Origin: a virus
Lineage: Duplodnaviria > Caudoviricetes
DNA length: 64,000 nt
Strand: one strand, 5' to 3'
IMG/VR virus record: IMGVR_UViG_3300037755_000349
Coordinates: 1 to 64,000 of that record
Below the pieces are notes generated by a model. That model did no database searches. It was not told where the DNA came from and was given only the letters and a program-made list of their open reading frames with translations. This document shows, piece after piece, positions 53,045 through 62,081 of this stretch. Position numbers and translations under genes: made by a program. How positions within the stretch are numbered: the stretch's first letter is position 1; each line of letters opens with the position of its first letter.

Positions 53045-53071
53045 AGCCGCGGACTGATCCGCGGCTTTTTT
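53045..53071 (+). terminator. Intrinsic terminator in the + orientation
   Basis: 9-bp perfect stem AGCCGCGGA/TCCGCGGCT, 4-nt loop, then a T tract. Confidence 0.75.
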
Positions 53072-53092
53072 GGGAAACTAGATTCACCCCGT

Positions 53093-53671
53093 TTATTCCT
53101 CCTCTTCCTCCTCTTCCTCCTCTTCCTCGATGTCTTGTTGCGTGCCGCCCTTGTCGGCGGGATCTCCATCGGCCGCGTCGGCCGCGGCAGTGCCGAACAT
53201 GTCGTCTTGCGTCGCCTCGACCTCGAACTCGCGATCAAGTTGCTGGCATGCCGCCAGGCGTGGCAGGTCTTTCTCCAGGTCCGGATGGATCTGAATCTTG
53301 AAAGTAATTACATGCTCGTGCTTGCCGCCGGTGAACGTCGCCACGACATCCTTGATACGCGATTGCTGAAAGGTGAGCTTCGCGGTCTTCTTGGTGACTT
53401 GGTCGTACAGCGTGAATGTGATGCCCTCGGGCTTGCGATTCAGCCAGTGCACGTTATCGAATGGCACTAGGTAGTAGCCTTGCTTGTTGAACATCAGATC
53501 GGAGTACTTGCCATATCCTTCCTCGGTGGGGAAGAGCATATCGATATCTCGCTTGGTGCCGCGGCAGGTGATCGATACGTCGCAGGCCGGCGTGGTCTCG
53601 TCGCCGACGCGCTCGGCGCGCAGGTTCACGTTGTCAATGTGGCCAACACGCCTGGAGAGTTTGAAGCGCAT
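53093..53671 (-). CDS. Hypothetical protein with poly-Glu C-terminus
   Basis: GAGGG RBS; ends in E10. Confidence 0.65.
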   Translation of the reverse strand: MRFKLSRRVGHIDNVNLRAERVGDETTPACDVSITCRGTKRDIDMLFPTEEGYGKYSDLMFNKQGYYLVPFDNVHWLNRKPEGITFTLYDQVTKKTAKLTFQQSRIKDVVATFTGGKHEHVITFKIQIHPDLEKDLPRLAACQQLDREFEVEATQDDMFGTAAADAADGDPADKGGTQQDIEEEEEEEEEEE

Positions 53672-53740
53672 AAGAATCCCTCGTTCGTTGTTGATGGGAG
53701 AGCTGGAGAGTCACTGCACCGGCCGCATCGTCGCGGCTTA

Positions 53741-54022
53741 TTATTTGATCCGGTAGATCCGGACTCCCTCGATCGTCGATCCGTTTTGTTCTTCTGTCAC
53801 CAGGCGCACGCTGAATCGGCGCTTGAGTGTTTTGCCCTTTCTCGATGCTTGTGATCGCAGCGTGGAAACTTTTTTCGGATCTGGCACGAAGAACGTATCG
53901 TAGACCAGCTCACCTCGTTCCTTCTTTGGTGGCTTGAGCGTACCGAATGGATAGCGAGTACGCGCGTGTGCGATGGGCGCTCTCTCGACCCGAAACGCGG
54001 GGGAGGATGTTTGTTTAGTCAT
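53741..54022 (-). CDS. Small basic putative DNA-binding protein
   Basis: YPFGTL..DTFFVP..RFSVRLV..GVRIYRIK. Confidence 0.55.
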   Translation of the reverse strand: MTKQTSSPAFRVERAPIAHARTRYPFGTLKPPKKERGELVYDTFFVPDPKKVSTLRSQASRKGKTLKRRFSVRLVTEEQNGSTIEGVRIYRIK

Positions 54023-54024
54023 GG

Positions 54025-54070
54025 GTAACATTCCGCAACAAAGCTAATACCGGGTGCAACATTCGCACAA
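54025..54070 (-). promoter_or_regulatory. Phased TGTTGC/TGTTAC boxes and TATTGTGCGAATGTTGC element
   Basis: G(C/T)AACA at 54025, 54035, 54056; the 17-mer differs by 1 nt from 58617-58633. Confidence 0.55.
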
Positions 54071-54072
54071 TA

Positions 54073-54285
54073 TCACTCGTCCGGTCTGGGTGGTAGGAGC
54101 CGGTACTCGGCCATGCGGCGCAGCGCCGTGCCGTCGAAGTGGGCGCGCGACTCCGTTTCGATCCGATTCCCCTGTTGACGTAGGCGATTGATCACCGCCC
54201 GCAGGTTCCCCACATCGGGCAGCAGCATGTAAGTAATTGGGCCGCGCCGGAGCATCTCCAGCACGGTTTCATCCTGTGTGATCAC
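54073..54285 (-). CDS. Small winged-HTH-like protein
   Basis: GTG start with GGAGAGG RBS; LRAVINRLRQQGNRIE..AEYRL. Confidence 0.45.
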   Translation of the reverse strand: MITQDETVLEMLRRGPITYMLLPDVGNLRAVINRLRQQGNRIETESRAHFDGTALRRMAEYRLLPPRPDE

Positions 54286-54358
54286 GCCCGACCGATCCTC
54301 TCCTCGATGGTGAGGTGCGAGCTGACGATCACCGCGAGTCCCTGCAAGAATTCCGTTC

Positions 54359-54487
54359 TCATAAATTAGCCATCCTTTTCCTCTTACACTTGAAGCAGCG
54401 CTTGTGACGCATGCAGAAGTGCTCCGAGTGTGGCTGTTGCAGGCACGGTGATCGCCCACATAAACGGGATATCATCATCGAAATCAT
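54359..54487 (-). CDS. Tiny Cys/His-rich protein overlapping the ssb 3' end
   Basis: CGRSPC..CMRHKRCFKC; stop ATGA-coupled to a 26-aa ORF (54282-54362). Confidence 0.3.
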   Translation of the reverse strand: MISMMISRLCGRSPCLQQPHSEHFCMRHKRCFKCKRKRMANL

Positions 54488-54893
54488 CGCTGGGCGGCTT
54501 GCGCTTCTCTTGCTGCTGACGACGCTCCTGCGGCTCGTCATCACGATCTCGCCCACCACCTCTCGGGCTGCCGAGGAGCTGCACAGTGTCGGCGTAGACC
54601 TTTGTGGTATAGCGATCCTTGCCATCGCGGTCCTGCCACTTCTCAGTGCGGAACTTGCCCTGCACGTACACGGTCGTGCCTCTGAGCAGATATTCGGCGA
54701 TCGCCTCGGCGAGCTTGCCGAACAGCACCACGGGGACCCACTCGGTTTTCTCCTGCTTCTCCCCGTCCTTCATCCACACCTCGGTGCAGGCGATCGAGAA
54801 GTTGCACACGGCGCTGCCGTTTTGCGAGTAGCGCGTCTCCGCATCGCGCCCGAGATTCCCAATGAAATGGCATGAATTGATGCCGCGAGACAT
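54384..54893 (-). CDS. ssb: Single-stranded DNA-binding protein with C-terminal extension
   Basis: INSCHFIGNLGRDAETRY..EKTEW..VYVQGKFRT..DDFDDDIPF. Confidence 0.93.
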   Translation of the reverse strand: MSRGINSCHFIGNLGRDAETRYSQNGSAVCNFSIACTEVWMKDGEKQEKTEWVPVVLFGKLAEAIAEYLLRGTTVYVQGKFRTEKWQDRDGKDRYTTKVYADTVQLLGSPRGGGRDRDDEPQERRQQQEKRKPPSDDFDDDIPFMWAITVPATATLGALLHASQALLQV

Positions 54894-54896
54894 AAG

Positions 54897-55526
54897 TCAC
54901 TCCTTCTTGAATAGCGCCGCATGTTGGGCGGCGCGCTTCTGCTCTTCCCACTTCTCCAGCTCGGCGATGCGATGTTCGCATCGCAAGATGAAGCCCTCGG
55001 CACCACCGAGCCAATACATCAGGTGCTCGACCACCTCGTAGTCATCGACGGTTAGCTCGGGGCGCCGGATCAGCGTGCGCCCGCCGATGCCAATGTAGTC
55101 CTTGCCGTAGTGATCCGGCGGCGCGAGCAGGTGTTCGAGCGCGGTGTAGCTATGGTTGATGCCATAGATGCGGCGATTCTGGTTGGCCCACGACATCACG
55201 AAGGCCGGAGCTGGATGCTCCTTCGCCTTCTCGATCAACCGCCTGGCGCCAAGGATCACCGCCTGTCCGCAGTTCGTCCCAAGCCAGCACATCACGGTGG
55301 CGCAGATCGTGGCCTGGCGTTGCGTGAGCGGCGTCGGGTGGCTGGAGAGGATATCCACGAGCTTGGAGTTCGGCGTGCTATAGGTGCCCCGCTCCTGCAT
55401 GAGCTTCGCCCACTCCTCGGCGTAGACGGTCTCGCCGATGAAGCTCGCGCGTGGGTAGGGAGGCAAAGGTTTGTGCTCCAACCATCCGAGGCTGTACAGA
55501 TAATCCTCGTACTCGCCCTCCATCAT
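54897..55526 (-). CDS. Hypothetical protein
   Basis: CATVMCWLGTNCG motif; coupled to the upstream gene. Confidence 0.6.
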   Translation of the reverse strand: MMEGEYEDYLYSLGWLEHKPLPPYPRASFIGETVYAEEWAKLMQERGTYSTPNSKLVDILSSHPTPLTQRQATICATVMCWLGTNCGQAVILGARRLIEKAKEHPAPAFVMSWANQNRRIYGINHSYTALEHLLAPPDHYGKDYIGIGGRTLIRRPELTVDDYEVVEHLMYWLGGAEGFILRCEHRIAELEKWEEQKRAAQHAALFKKE

Positions 55527-56323
55527 GACCGTCGCAACCCAAGCGACTCGGCCCTGGTTATCTTGATCCCGTCGATCACCGTCTCCTTCGCTATCTCTCG
55601 CGCTTTCTCGTTGAGCGTGGCCTGGGAGATCGTGATGGCATCCATCGGAAAGCGGCCCGCGATCGCGGCCTTCAACACCGATGCCTTGTCCATCACCACG
55701 CCGGTCCAGCGGCCACGCTCGAAGGCCGAACCACCACCGCCGCCACCACCGCCACCTACCTGCATGCTGGTGGTCTTGGGCTTGGGCGCCGTGGCGGCGA
55801 TCTCCAGGAGCTGATTCGCGGCCTCGACGTTGCCCGAGTCCTGCAAGCGCTGCGCGCGTTCGAGCGCGTCCGCTTCGCGCGCCTTGCGCTCTTCTTCCGC
55901 CTTTACGCGCGCGGCTTCGTCCTTGGCCTTCTTGTAGACGTGGGCCGCATCTGTGACCTTTTTACGCACCGTGTTGATGCGAGTGATGTACGGGTTCAGC
56001 GTGCCATTCACCAACTTCACGAAAGTGTTCGCCGGCGTGACGATCTTGGTACGGCGCGTGTCGATGCGCTTCTCCACCGTGTTGCAGTCGAGCGCGAAAA
56101 TTGCCGCGCGATCGAACGCCGCATCGTCGGTGATCTTGCTCACCTCTTTGCCGTCTGCCGTCACGAAGAACTTCGCGGCCTGTTCCTCAATCAGCTTGAC
56201 TGGACCGGCCAGATAGACCAGCTTCTCGATGACATCGAGCTGTGTCGGATAGGCAAGTACCGGCCAGGTCTCGGCCGCCTTCTCCGCCGCGGCGGGGTCG
56301 GGCTGTTTCTCTTCTTCGCTCAT
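55523..56323 (-). CDS. Coiled-coil protein of the recombination module
   Basis: Long helical region; W..VV.DK..VL..ITIS..LN..AR..IDGIKI C-terminus. Confidence 0.6.
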   Translation of the reverse strand: MSEEEKQPDPAAAEKAAETWPVLAYPTQLDVIEKLVYLAGPVKLIEEQAAKFFVTADGKEVSKITDDAAFDRAAIFALDCNTVEKRIDTRRTKIVTPANTFVKLVNGTLNPYITRINTVRKKVTDAAHVYKKAKDEAARVKAEEERKAREADALERAQRLQDSGNVEAANQLLEIAATAPKPKTTSMQVGGGGGGGGGSAFERGRWTGVVMDKASVLKAAIAGRFPMDAITISQATLNEKAREIAKETVIDGIKITRAESLGLRRS

Positions 56324-56332
56324 GCTGCACCT

Positions 56333-56998
56333 TTAAAAATTGACGGTAGGAAATCCGGGCGAGGTGGTCTTCTTCGGACCAGGCCGCTCACCCCTGCGAA
56401 AAATCTCCATGAACTCATGGCACCGTTCGAGCATGTACTGCTCACGCCGGCGATCGCGCGGAACGTCGATGCGGACCAGTCGGCTCGCCGGATCCGGCAT
56501 CTCGGGATTGAAGCTCAGGAAATGCGTCACATCCAAGTCGTGCACGAACATCTGGCAGTCGATCTGCGGGATGTGCTCGTCAGGCACCTGGCCATACATC
56601 ATTACCCTGCTGTGGCGAGAGAGGACGACTGGACACTTCACCTCGCCGTTCGCACGGAAGTCGAAGCCCTCGATTGCGATGAAGTCACTCGATGCGCCGA
56701 TGTACGGGATCTTGAGCGATTCCGCAAATGGCGGCCTGACGACCTCCACATCGTGATCGAGGCAGAAATTCTCGATCGCCGGCGTCTCCCAGTGATGGCC
56801 CCAACGGATCGCCGCCGGCGGCGGTCCGCCGTTCCATTGGTCGGGCGGCGGCTCGTCCGATTCGACCTCGGTTTGCAGCTCGTTCATCAGCGAGGTCCAG
56901 CCGCGCCAGGTGCCGCGGACGACTCGGTACATGCGCGAGCTGGTGATGTGGCCGCGCCGAGCGAGCCACCACTCGCGGGTATGCTGGTGCGGGTTCAT
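56333..56998 (-). CDS. YqaJ/lambda-exonuclease-family nuclease
   Basis: EWWLARRGHITSS..WGHHWE..GASSD..EVKCP..QIDCQM. Confidence 0.85.
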   Translation of the reverse strand: MNPHQHTREWWLARRGHITSSRMYRVVRGTWRGWTSLMNELQTEVESDEPPPDQWNGGPPPAAIRWGHHWETPAIENFCLDHDVEVVRPPFAESLKIPYIGASSDFIAIEGFDFRANGEVKCPVVLSRHSRVMMYGQVPDEHIPQIDCQMFVHDLDVTHFLSFNPEMPDPASRLVRIDVPRDRRREQYMLERCHEFMEIFRRGERPGPKKTTSPGFPTVNF

Positions 56999-57279
56999 TC
57001 TTGCGCCGCCGCCGCCGCTGCCATCTCGGTGGCCATCTGCGAGCCGGCGATCGCACACAATCCTTTTTCGATGCGATCCAACATCTCCAGCTCTACCCAC
57101 TTCGCCTCCGAGCCCATGAACGAGCTGGCGGCCCCGACGACGGTGCATAGCAGCTTCAGCGCCGAGGGTTGAATGAGCACGGCGCCGCCGCTGCTTTCCC
57201 CGTGCTGCGCGAGCGCCTCAATTAGGTTGAGAAATCGTTTTACTCGCAGATGCACTGCGATTCTTTCGTTCGGTGTCAT
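56995..57279 (-). CDS. Hypothetical protein
   Basis: Stop overlaps the YqaJ start. Confidence 0.5.
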   Translation of the reverse strand: MTPNERIAVHLRVKRFLNLIEALAQHGESSGGAVLIQPSALKLLCTVVGAASSFMGSEAKWVELEMLDRIEKGLCAIAGSQMATEMAAAAAAQE

Positions 57280-57295
57280 GTGGCGCCTCGCGCGA

Positions 57296-57481
57296 CTAGA
57301 AAAGCCCTGGATGCGCCTTCTCGCGCAACATGGCCACGATCGCTTCCATCATGGCCAGTTCGCGGTCGGCTTCTTCTTGCGACATCTTACGATCCTGCAC
57401 TTGGCGGGGATACACGCGCCTGCGCATGCGTACTTCCCGCTTGGCGCAGTCGAGCAGTTCCTGCGGTGAGAACGCGCTCAC
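57296..57481 (-). CDS. Small phage hypothetical protein
   Basis: LDCAKREVRMRRRVYPRQV..MS..AD.E.A.M.AI. Confidence 0.65.
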   Translation of the reverse strand: MSAFSPQELLDCAKREVRMRRRVYPRQVQDRKMSQEEADRELAMMEAIVAMLREKAHPGLF

Positions 57482-58596
57482 CAGCGGCCACCCTGTGCCG
57501 GCGGCGGCTCATCATCCGCACCAGGCTCGCGGGCAGGCGGTTCATCTTTTGCCGGCTTGTTGCCCTTCTGCTTCTCCGCGGCGACCTTGCCGGCCGCCTC
57601 GATGCGATTCTTTACTTCGTTGAAGAGCTTCGCCGGCAGATCCTCGATCTTGTCGATGAAGTAGACCGCGCAGACCTTATCGATTTTCAGGCGCACCGCC
57701 GTGGCCATTGCCGTGAGTTCCTCGGCCTGCTCCTTGGTGATCTTCTTCTGCGCCGGCTCGGGCTTTACATCGAGCGGCTTCTCGCGCTCGCGGCCCGGCT
57801 CGGCGCCCTCCAGTGTGTTGTCGAGCTGCACGGCCTGGGCGAGCCGCTCATGTGCGCGCCCGTCAGTTTTCGGCCAGTACTTTTGCGCGCGCTTGATCGC
57901 GACCTTGCGGCGCATCTCATCCTCCCACTTCCCCCACACGCCTTTCAGCGGTTCGGCTGGATCGTAGTTCTTCGAGGAGAGCTTGGCCTTCTCCACATCG
58001 TCGGCCGGAACCCATTCCACCAGCGGACGCTCCGGATCGTTGACCAGGCGCGTGATCACGTAAGTGCCGAAGTATGGATTCTCTTCGGTATTGCGCTTCA
58101 CGGTATGCGCGATCGTGTGCTCGATCTCCGTGCGGTTGGTGCGCTTGATCAACTTGAAGGAGTCCGCCGCGTAGACGTTCTCCACTTCCACGGAGAGGAT
58201 GAGTCCGGTGTCGGTGGCGAGCTTGATGAAGCCGCGATACATCGGCCACAGTTGCGCCTCGTAGCGCTGCCGATCCTTGATCCACGTCGGAATGATCGCG
58301 GCGTATTGCAGCGCCGGGTTCAGCGACAGTCCGATCATCGCGCAATTCTCGTAAGCGTCGCGCACGCTATCGGGCCAGCATTCGAGTAGGCGGTTATCGT
58401 TGATGATGCGCTGAATCGCGAAGCTCGCCTCCTTGCTGGCCTGGAGCACGACCAGGCCGTGCTTCTCATCGGTGGCCGAGATGCGGTTGAACTTCGGGAA
58501 GCTCTTGCGCAGGAGCGTCGATACATCATCGCGCGTCATCACTGGAGGGCGGCGGCTTTGTTGTTGCTGTTCTCGATCGTCTCGTCGATATGCCAT
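57478..58596 (-). CDS. recT: RecT-family single-strand annealing protein
   Basis: AMIGLSLNP..YAAIIP..AQLWPMYRGFIKLA..VYAADSF..EMRRKVAIKRAQKYWP. Confidence 0.85.
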   Translation of the reverse strand: MAYRRDDREQQQQSRRPPVMTRDDVSTLLRKSFPKFNRISATDEKHGLVVLQASKEASFAIQRIINDNRLLECWPDSVRDAYENCAMIGLSLNPALQYAAIIPTWIKDRQRYEAQLWPMYRGFIKLATDTGLILSVEVENVYAADSFKLIKRTNRTEIEHTIAHTVKRNTEENPYFGTYVITRLVNDPERPLVEWVPADDVEKAKLSSKNYDPAEPLKGVWGKWEDEMRRKVAIKRAQKYWPKTDGRAHERLAQAVQLDNTLEGAEPGREREKPLDVKPEPAQKKITKEQAEELTAMATAVRLKIDKVCAVYFIDKIEDLPAKLFNEVKNRIEAAGKVAAEKQKGNKPAKDEPPAREPGADDEPPPAQGGRW

Positions 58597-58616
58597 CATC
58601 ATGCCCCTCAGCGAAG

Positions 58617-58654
58617 TATTGTGTGAATGTTGCCGGGTGTTGCACTCTATTGCA
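58617..58654 (+). promoter_or_regulatory. Divergent promoter with three phased (G/A)TTGC boxes
   Basis: GTTGCC 58629, GTTGCA 58639, ATTGCA 58649; TATTGTGTGAATGTTGC at 58617. Confidence 0.6.
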
Positions 58655-58655
58655 A

Positions 58656-59036
58656 ATGATAAAGAACCAAGACACAAGCACCTGTTGGTGTCCACGATGT
58701 AACGGAGCAAAAGCGCTGAACCTGCGCCAGGCGGATGGGAAATACGCTGAGGCCACCTGCGCCGTCTGTCAGGGAGAGGGGCAGATCCCTACCTGGATGG
58801 TGCTCCAGCGATTTACCGGTAAGGCATATCGCAGGCGGCGCCTGGCGGCAGGGCAGACTGAGCAGCAGCGCGCAATGGCCTGGAGCTGTCCTGTGGATAT
58901 GGTCCGCGACCTGGAGGCCGGATTGATCCGTCCGCCCTTCTTCGCTCCACTAGATCCTGTGGTCGAGACCATCATGGAACACAACCTGGAGCGTTGTACG
59001 GTTCAGTTCCGGGTTCCCAAGCCCGTACGGCGCTAG
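58656..59036 (+). CDS. Zn-finger (CxxCxG) protein with possible HTH
   Basis: CPRCNG..CAVCQGEG; RRRRLAAGQTEQQRA. Confidence 0.5.
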   Translation: MIKNQDTSTCWCPRCNGAKALNLRQADGKYAEATCAVCQGEGQIPTWMVLQRFTGKAYRRRRLAAGQTEQQRAMAWSCPVDMVRDLEAGLIRPPFFAPLDPVVETIMEHNLERCTVQFRVPKPVRR

Positions 59037-59197
59037 GCAGGGATAACCTGTGGATATCCTGGGAAAGTTGCGTGTAGGGATTTCGGGGGGCTATAAACGC
59101 AACGCCCCGCACGAAGGCGGGGCGCTGGTGGTTCGGGTCCTGGCAGACTCGGATACCGGGGGCAGAGCGATATTTAGGAACCTCTGCGACGTGAAGC

Positions 59198-59224
59198 GTA
59201 ACACAACGCAACACGCTGCAACAC
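59198..59224 (-). repeat. Three phased G(C/T)AACAC boxes
   Basis: Copies at 59198, 59208, 59218 (10-bp period). Confidence 0.65.
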
Positions 59225-59606
59225 CTACGCATCGGCCTCCCTCTCGGTTCCCGACCGACCCCTACCCGCTTATCACCAGTGGGCCTGCGCATGCCCGTGG
59301 GATCGACAAATCTGCGCCGTCACAAGCCGGGTGCAAGTTCCGGCCGCCGTGGCTACCGCCTGCTTGCAGGGCCGGACACGGTGATGGGGTTAAATCGGGG
59401 CATGACGCAAAAAAACGCCCGACATGAGCTGTAAGTGGCAACTGTATTGAGTTGCAGCGGCCTCCCCCTGATCCGCTCCAGCGGGTTAGGGGGACTGCGC
59501 CTGGGTTTTGGAAGGGGACAGGGAAGAGAGATCAGGAATAGGATTATTCTTAGCTAGTTGCAATAGATACGCGCGCGCGACTTCAACAACAAAACAGGAG
59601 ATGACC

Positions 59607-59918
59607 ATGGATCCCTTGAACCACAAAGAACATAAAGCCCGGCTGCTCGCCGCTCTTGATCGACTGCGCGAGCAGGTGATCCGTGATGAGGTGTATTCGG
59701 TGGTGGCAATTTGCGTGTGTACCGCGAAAGGTCGGCCCAATGAGAACATACACGCCGAAGCGCGTGTGCATATCAAGCACTCGCATGGAGCGCCGGCGGC
59801 GAATGCGATGGCCGGTGTGATCACGGAGTTCGCGCGCGACGGCATGGTGCCGATCACGAAGATCAAATGCTCTCATCATGACGACGATGAGAAGTCAGAT
59901 CGGCCTACGTTGAACTAA
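59607..59918 (+). CDS. Hypothetical protein
   Basis: AGGAG RBS. Confidence 0.6.
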   Translation: MDPLNHKEHKARLLAALDRLREQVIRDEVYSVVAICVCTAKGRPNENIHAEARVHIKHSHGAPAANAMAGVITEFARDGMVPITKIKCSHHDDDEKSDRPTLN

Positions 59919-59920
59919 GC

Positions 59921-60154
59921 ATGCGCTGCCGATGCGGAGGAGAGGTGGTGCATGCGAGCTTCCAGTCGCTGCGCGGGAGCGTCTCGACGGAGACGTGTTT
60001 ATGGTGCTTCGGGCATGAGGTGGAAGTGCGATCGGCCCGCAAGCATTTGCTGGTATGGAGGCATCGGCGCATGGGGCGCGAAGAAGCGATCGCCCACTTG
60101 ACGGCGGTCGGGCTGACAGCACACATCGATCGGCTCAGACCATTGCAACAATAA
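59921..60154 (+). CDS. Small Zn-ribbon protein
   Basis: CRCGG..CLWCFG. Confidence 0.5.
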   Translation: MRCRCGGEVVHASFQSLRGSVSTETCLWCFGHEVEVRSARKHLLVWRHRRMGREEAIAHLTAVGLTAHIDRLRPLQQ

Positions 60155-60168
60155 ATCCGGAGGCGAAA

Positions 60169-60651
60169 GTGGCAACAACGAAGAAAAAAGCAGCGAAAGC
60201 TGCAACGGTTGATTTGTTCGATGGGCTCGATGAGGGGGAGACGAAGGAGGTGATCGCACGCTTCCGACGCCTGGCGTTGAATCTTCGGAATATCGCAAGC
60301 GAGTTCACCGAGATCATCGAGATCCTCGAATCGCCGAAGCCGTCACTAGTGAGAACGCGCAAGGACGCCAACGATGAACCAGCGTTCAAATATCTCGTGC
60401 GCGTTCGCATCCCGGCGGACTTTTTCCTGACGAAGCGCATCATGGCGTACGCGGCCGACCAGGGGTTCACCCCGGCTGACACGAAGCGGCTCTTCGCCGA
60501 GATGAGCGAGTATTACAACCGCGTGGGCACGAAGTGGCAGGATTGGACCGCCGTCGCCTACAAGTGGTATCGCACCGAGGCCGCGCGCCGCAAGGACAAA
60601 GCGCCGCAAGGCCCGACGCGCACGAGCAAATCACTGCAAGAGTTCAAGTAG
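60169..60651 (+). CDS. Replication initiator/helicase-loader-like protein
   Basis: GGAGG RBS with GTG start; F..M..YY..GTKWQDWTA..KW.R C-terminal motif; directly before dnaB. Confidence 0.55.
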   Translation: MATTKKKAAKAATVDLFDGLDEGETKEVIARFRRLALNLRNIASEFTEIIEILESPKPSLVRTRKDANDEPAFKYLVRVRIPADFFLTKRIMAYAADQGFTPADTKRLFAEMSEYYNRVGTKWQDWTAVAYKWYRTEAARRKDKAPQGPTRTSKSLQEFK

Positions 60652-62081
60652 TGGCCGCCGCGATCGCCGCCGAGGAAGCGGTCCTCGGTGGTTTGATGCT
60701 GGATACTGCCCGGCACGCGGAGATCGACCTGGCGCCGGAGGACTTCACGACGCCTAAATACCAGTCGATTTATCGTGCCATCCGTGAGTGTATTCAGCAG
60801 CGTATCCAGGCCGATGTGGTGACAGTTTCGGAGATCTTGGATCGGATGGAGCCGGACGGTGGCAGTTGGTTGTCGTACTGCGCAAAAATTGTGACGGACA
60901 CGCCCTCGTCGGCGAACACGCGCGTCTACGCAGCGATCGTGAAGCGCTACTCAGACGCAACGCGGGCGAAGGGCATCGCGCATGCCATGATCGAGGACAT
61001 CGACCAGGACCCCGAGGCGCTGGATCGAGCGATCAAGGCGATGTTGCGCATGACTTCCTCGCAGCGCAGCCACGAGTGCATGGTCGGCGACACCCTCGGC
61101 GCGCTGGTGGATTACCTGGACTTCCGCGCGCAGAACAAGAACACAATCCCCGGCATGCTCACCGGCTTGCAGCGGCTCGACCGCTCGATCGGCGGCTTGC
61201 AGAAGGGGCATCTCATTGTGGTGGCCGCCAGGCCAGGTATGGGCAAGACCGCGCTCATGGGCGGCCTGCACATGGCGAACCGCAAAGTGCATACCGGGTG
61301 CATCTCGGCGGAGATGCCGCGCGACGAGTTGGTGCTGCGTATGGTGTCCTCGATGTCTGGGGTGGCGTTCACCGACCTGCGCATGGGCAACCTGCAAGAC
61401 CACGAGTGGTCACGGATCAATACGGCATTCGCGATGCTCAAGGCGATGCCGCTGCACATCAACGATCGCTCGGCGCCGACGATCGAGCAGATCTTGCGCC
61501 AGGCGCGGCAGTGGAAATACGAGCACGATATCCAGATGCTCTCGATGGATTACATCCAGCGCATCCCGACGCCAGGCGGAATTCAAAAACGCAACGAAGG
61601 GGTCGAGCACATCGTGCGCTCGCTCAAGGAATGCGCGCGCGATCTGGAGATCCCAGTCGTGGCGCTCTCAGCAGTATCGCGAGAGGCGGAGACGCGCGGC
61701 GACAAGCGTCCACTGATGAGCGACCTGCGCGACTCAGGCGCCATCGAGGCCGAGGCCGATGTGATCGTGACCGTTTACCGCGAAGAGGTGTACAGCGATG
61801 CAGACAACATCAAAGGCGTTGCCGAGCTTGCCGTCATCAAGAATCGGCACGGACCCCTCGGTCGAGTTACCGTCCACTACAACGGCCCCACCCTTACCTT
61901 TAGCGATTTTCGGGTGGATGGCGGAGATGATGGACCTGGCGGTGTTCCAGGGGGAGATGGAACTGCTCAACGCAGCATGGAGCTTGGACTCGGGCAGGAC
62001 GATCGAACTGCGACTCGTCGAACAACCGGGGCGCGAACACGTAAATCCGTTCAAAAAATATACGAAGAAGAGGGGCGGTAG
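60651..62081 (+). CDS. dnaB: Replicative DNA helicase DnaB
   Basis: AEEAVLGGLML, AARPGMGKT, SAEM, DYIQ, RPLMSDLRDSGAIEAEAD, KNRHGP. Confidence 0.95.
   Translation: MAAAIAAEEAVLGGLMLDTARHAEIDLAPEDFTTPKYQSIYRAIRECIQQRIQADVVTVSEILDRMEPDGGSWLSYCAKIVTDTPSSANTRVYAAIVKRYSDATRAKGIAHAMIEDIDQDPEALDRAIKAMLRMTSSQRSHECMVGDTLGALVDYLDFRAQNKNTIPGMLTGLQRLDRSIGGLQKGHLIVVAARPGMGKTALMGGLHMANRKVHTGCISAEMPRDELVLRMVSSMSGVAFTDLRMGNLQDHEWSRINTAFAMLKAMPLHINDRSAPTIEQILRQARQWKYEHDIQMLSMDYIQRIPTPGGIQKRNEGVEHIVRSLKECARDLEIPVVALSAVSREAETRGDKRPLMSDLRDSGAIEAEADVIVTVYREEVYSDADNIKGVAELAVIKNRHGPLGRVTVHYNGPTLTFSDFRVDGGDDGPGGVPGGDGTAQRSMELGLGQDDRTATRRTTGARTRKSVQKIYEEEGR

Noticed and set aside
53096-53129. (TCCTCTTCC)n repeat
   Set aside because: Simply encodes the poly-Glu tail of 53093-53671
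59050-59427. 125-aa ORF as a real gene
   Set aside because: GTG start without clear RBS, Pro/Arg/Ala-rich junk-like composition, and it spans the phased boxes
59436-59456. Sigma-54 promoter (TGGCA...TTGCA)
   Set aside because: GG-to-GC spacing is 15 bp rather than the required 10
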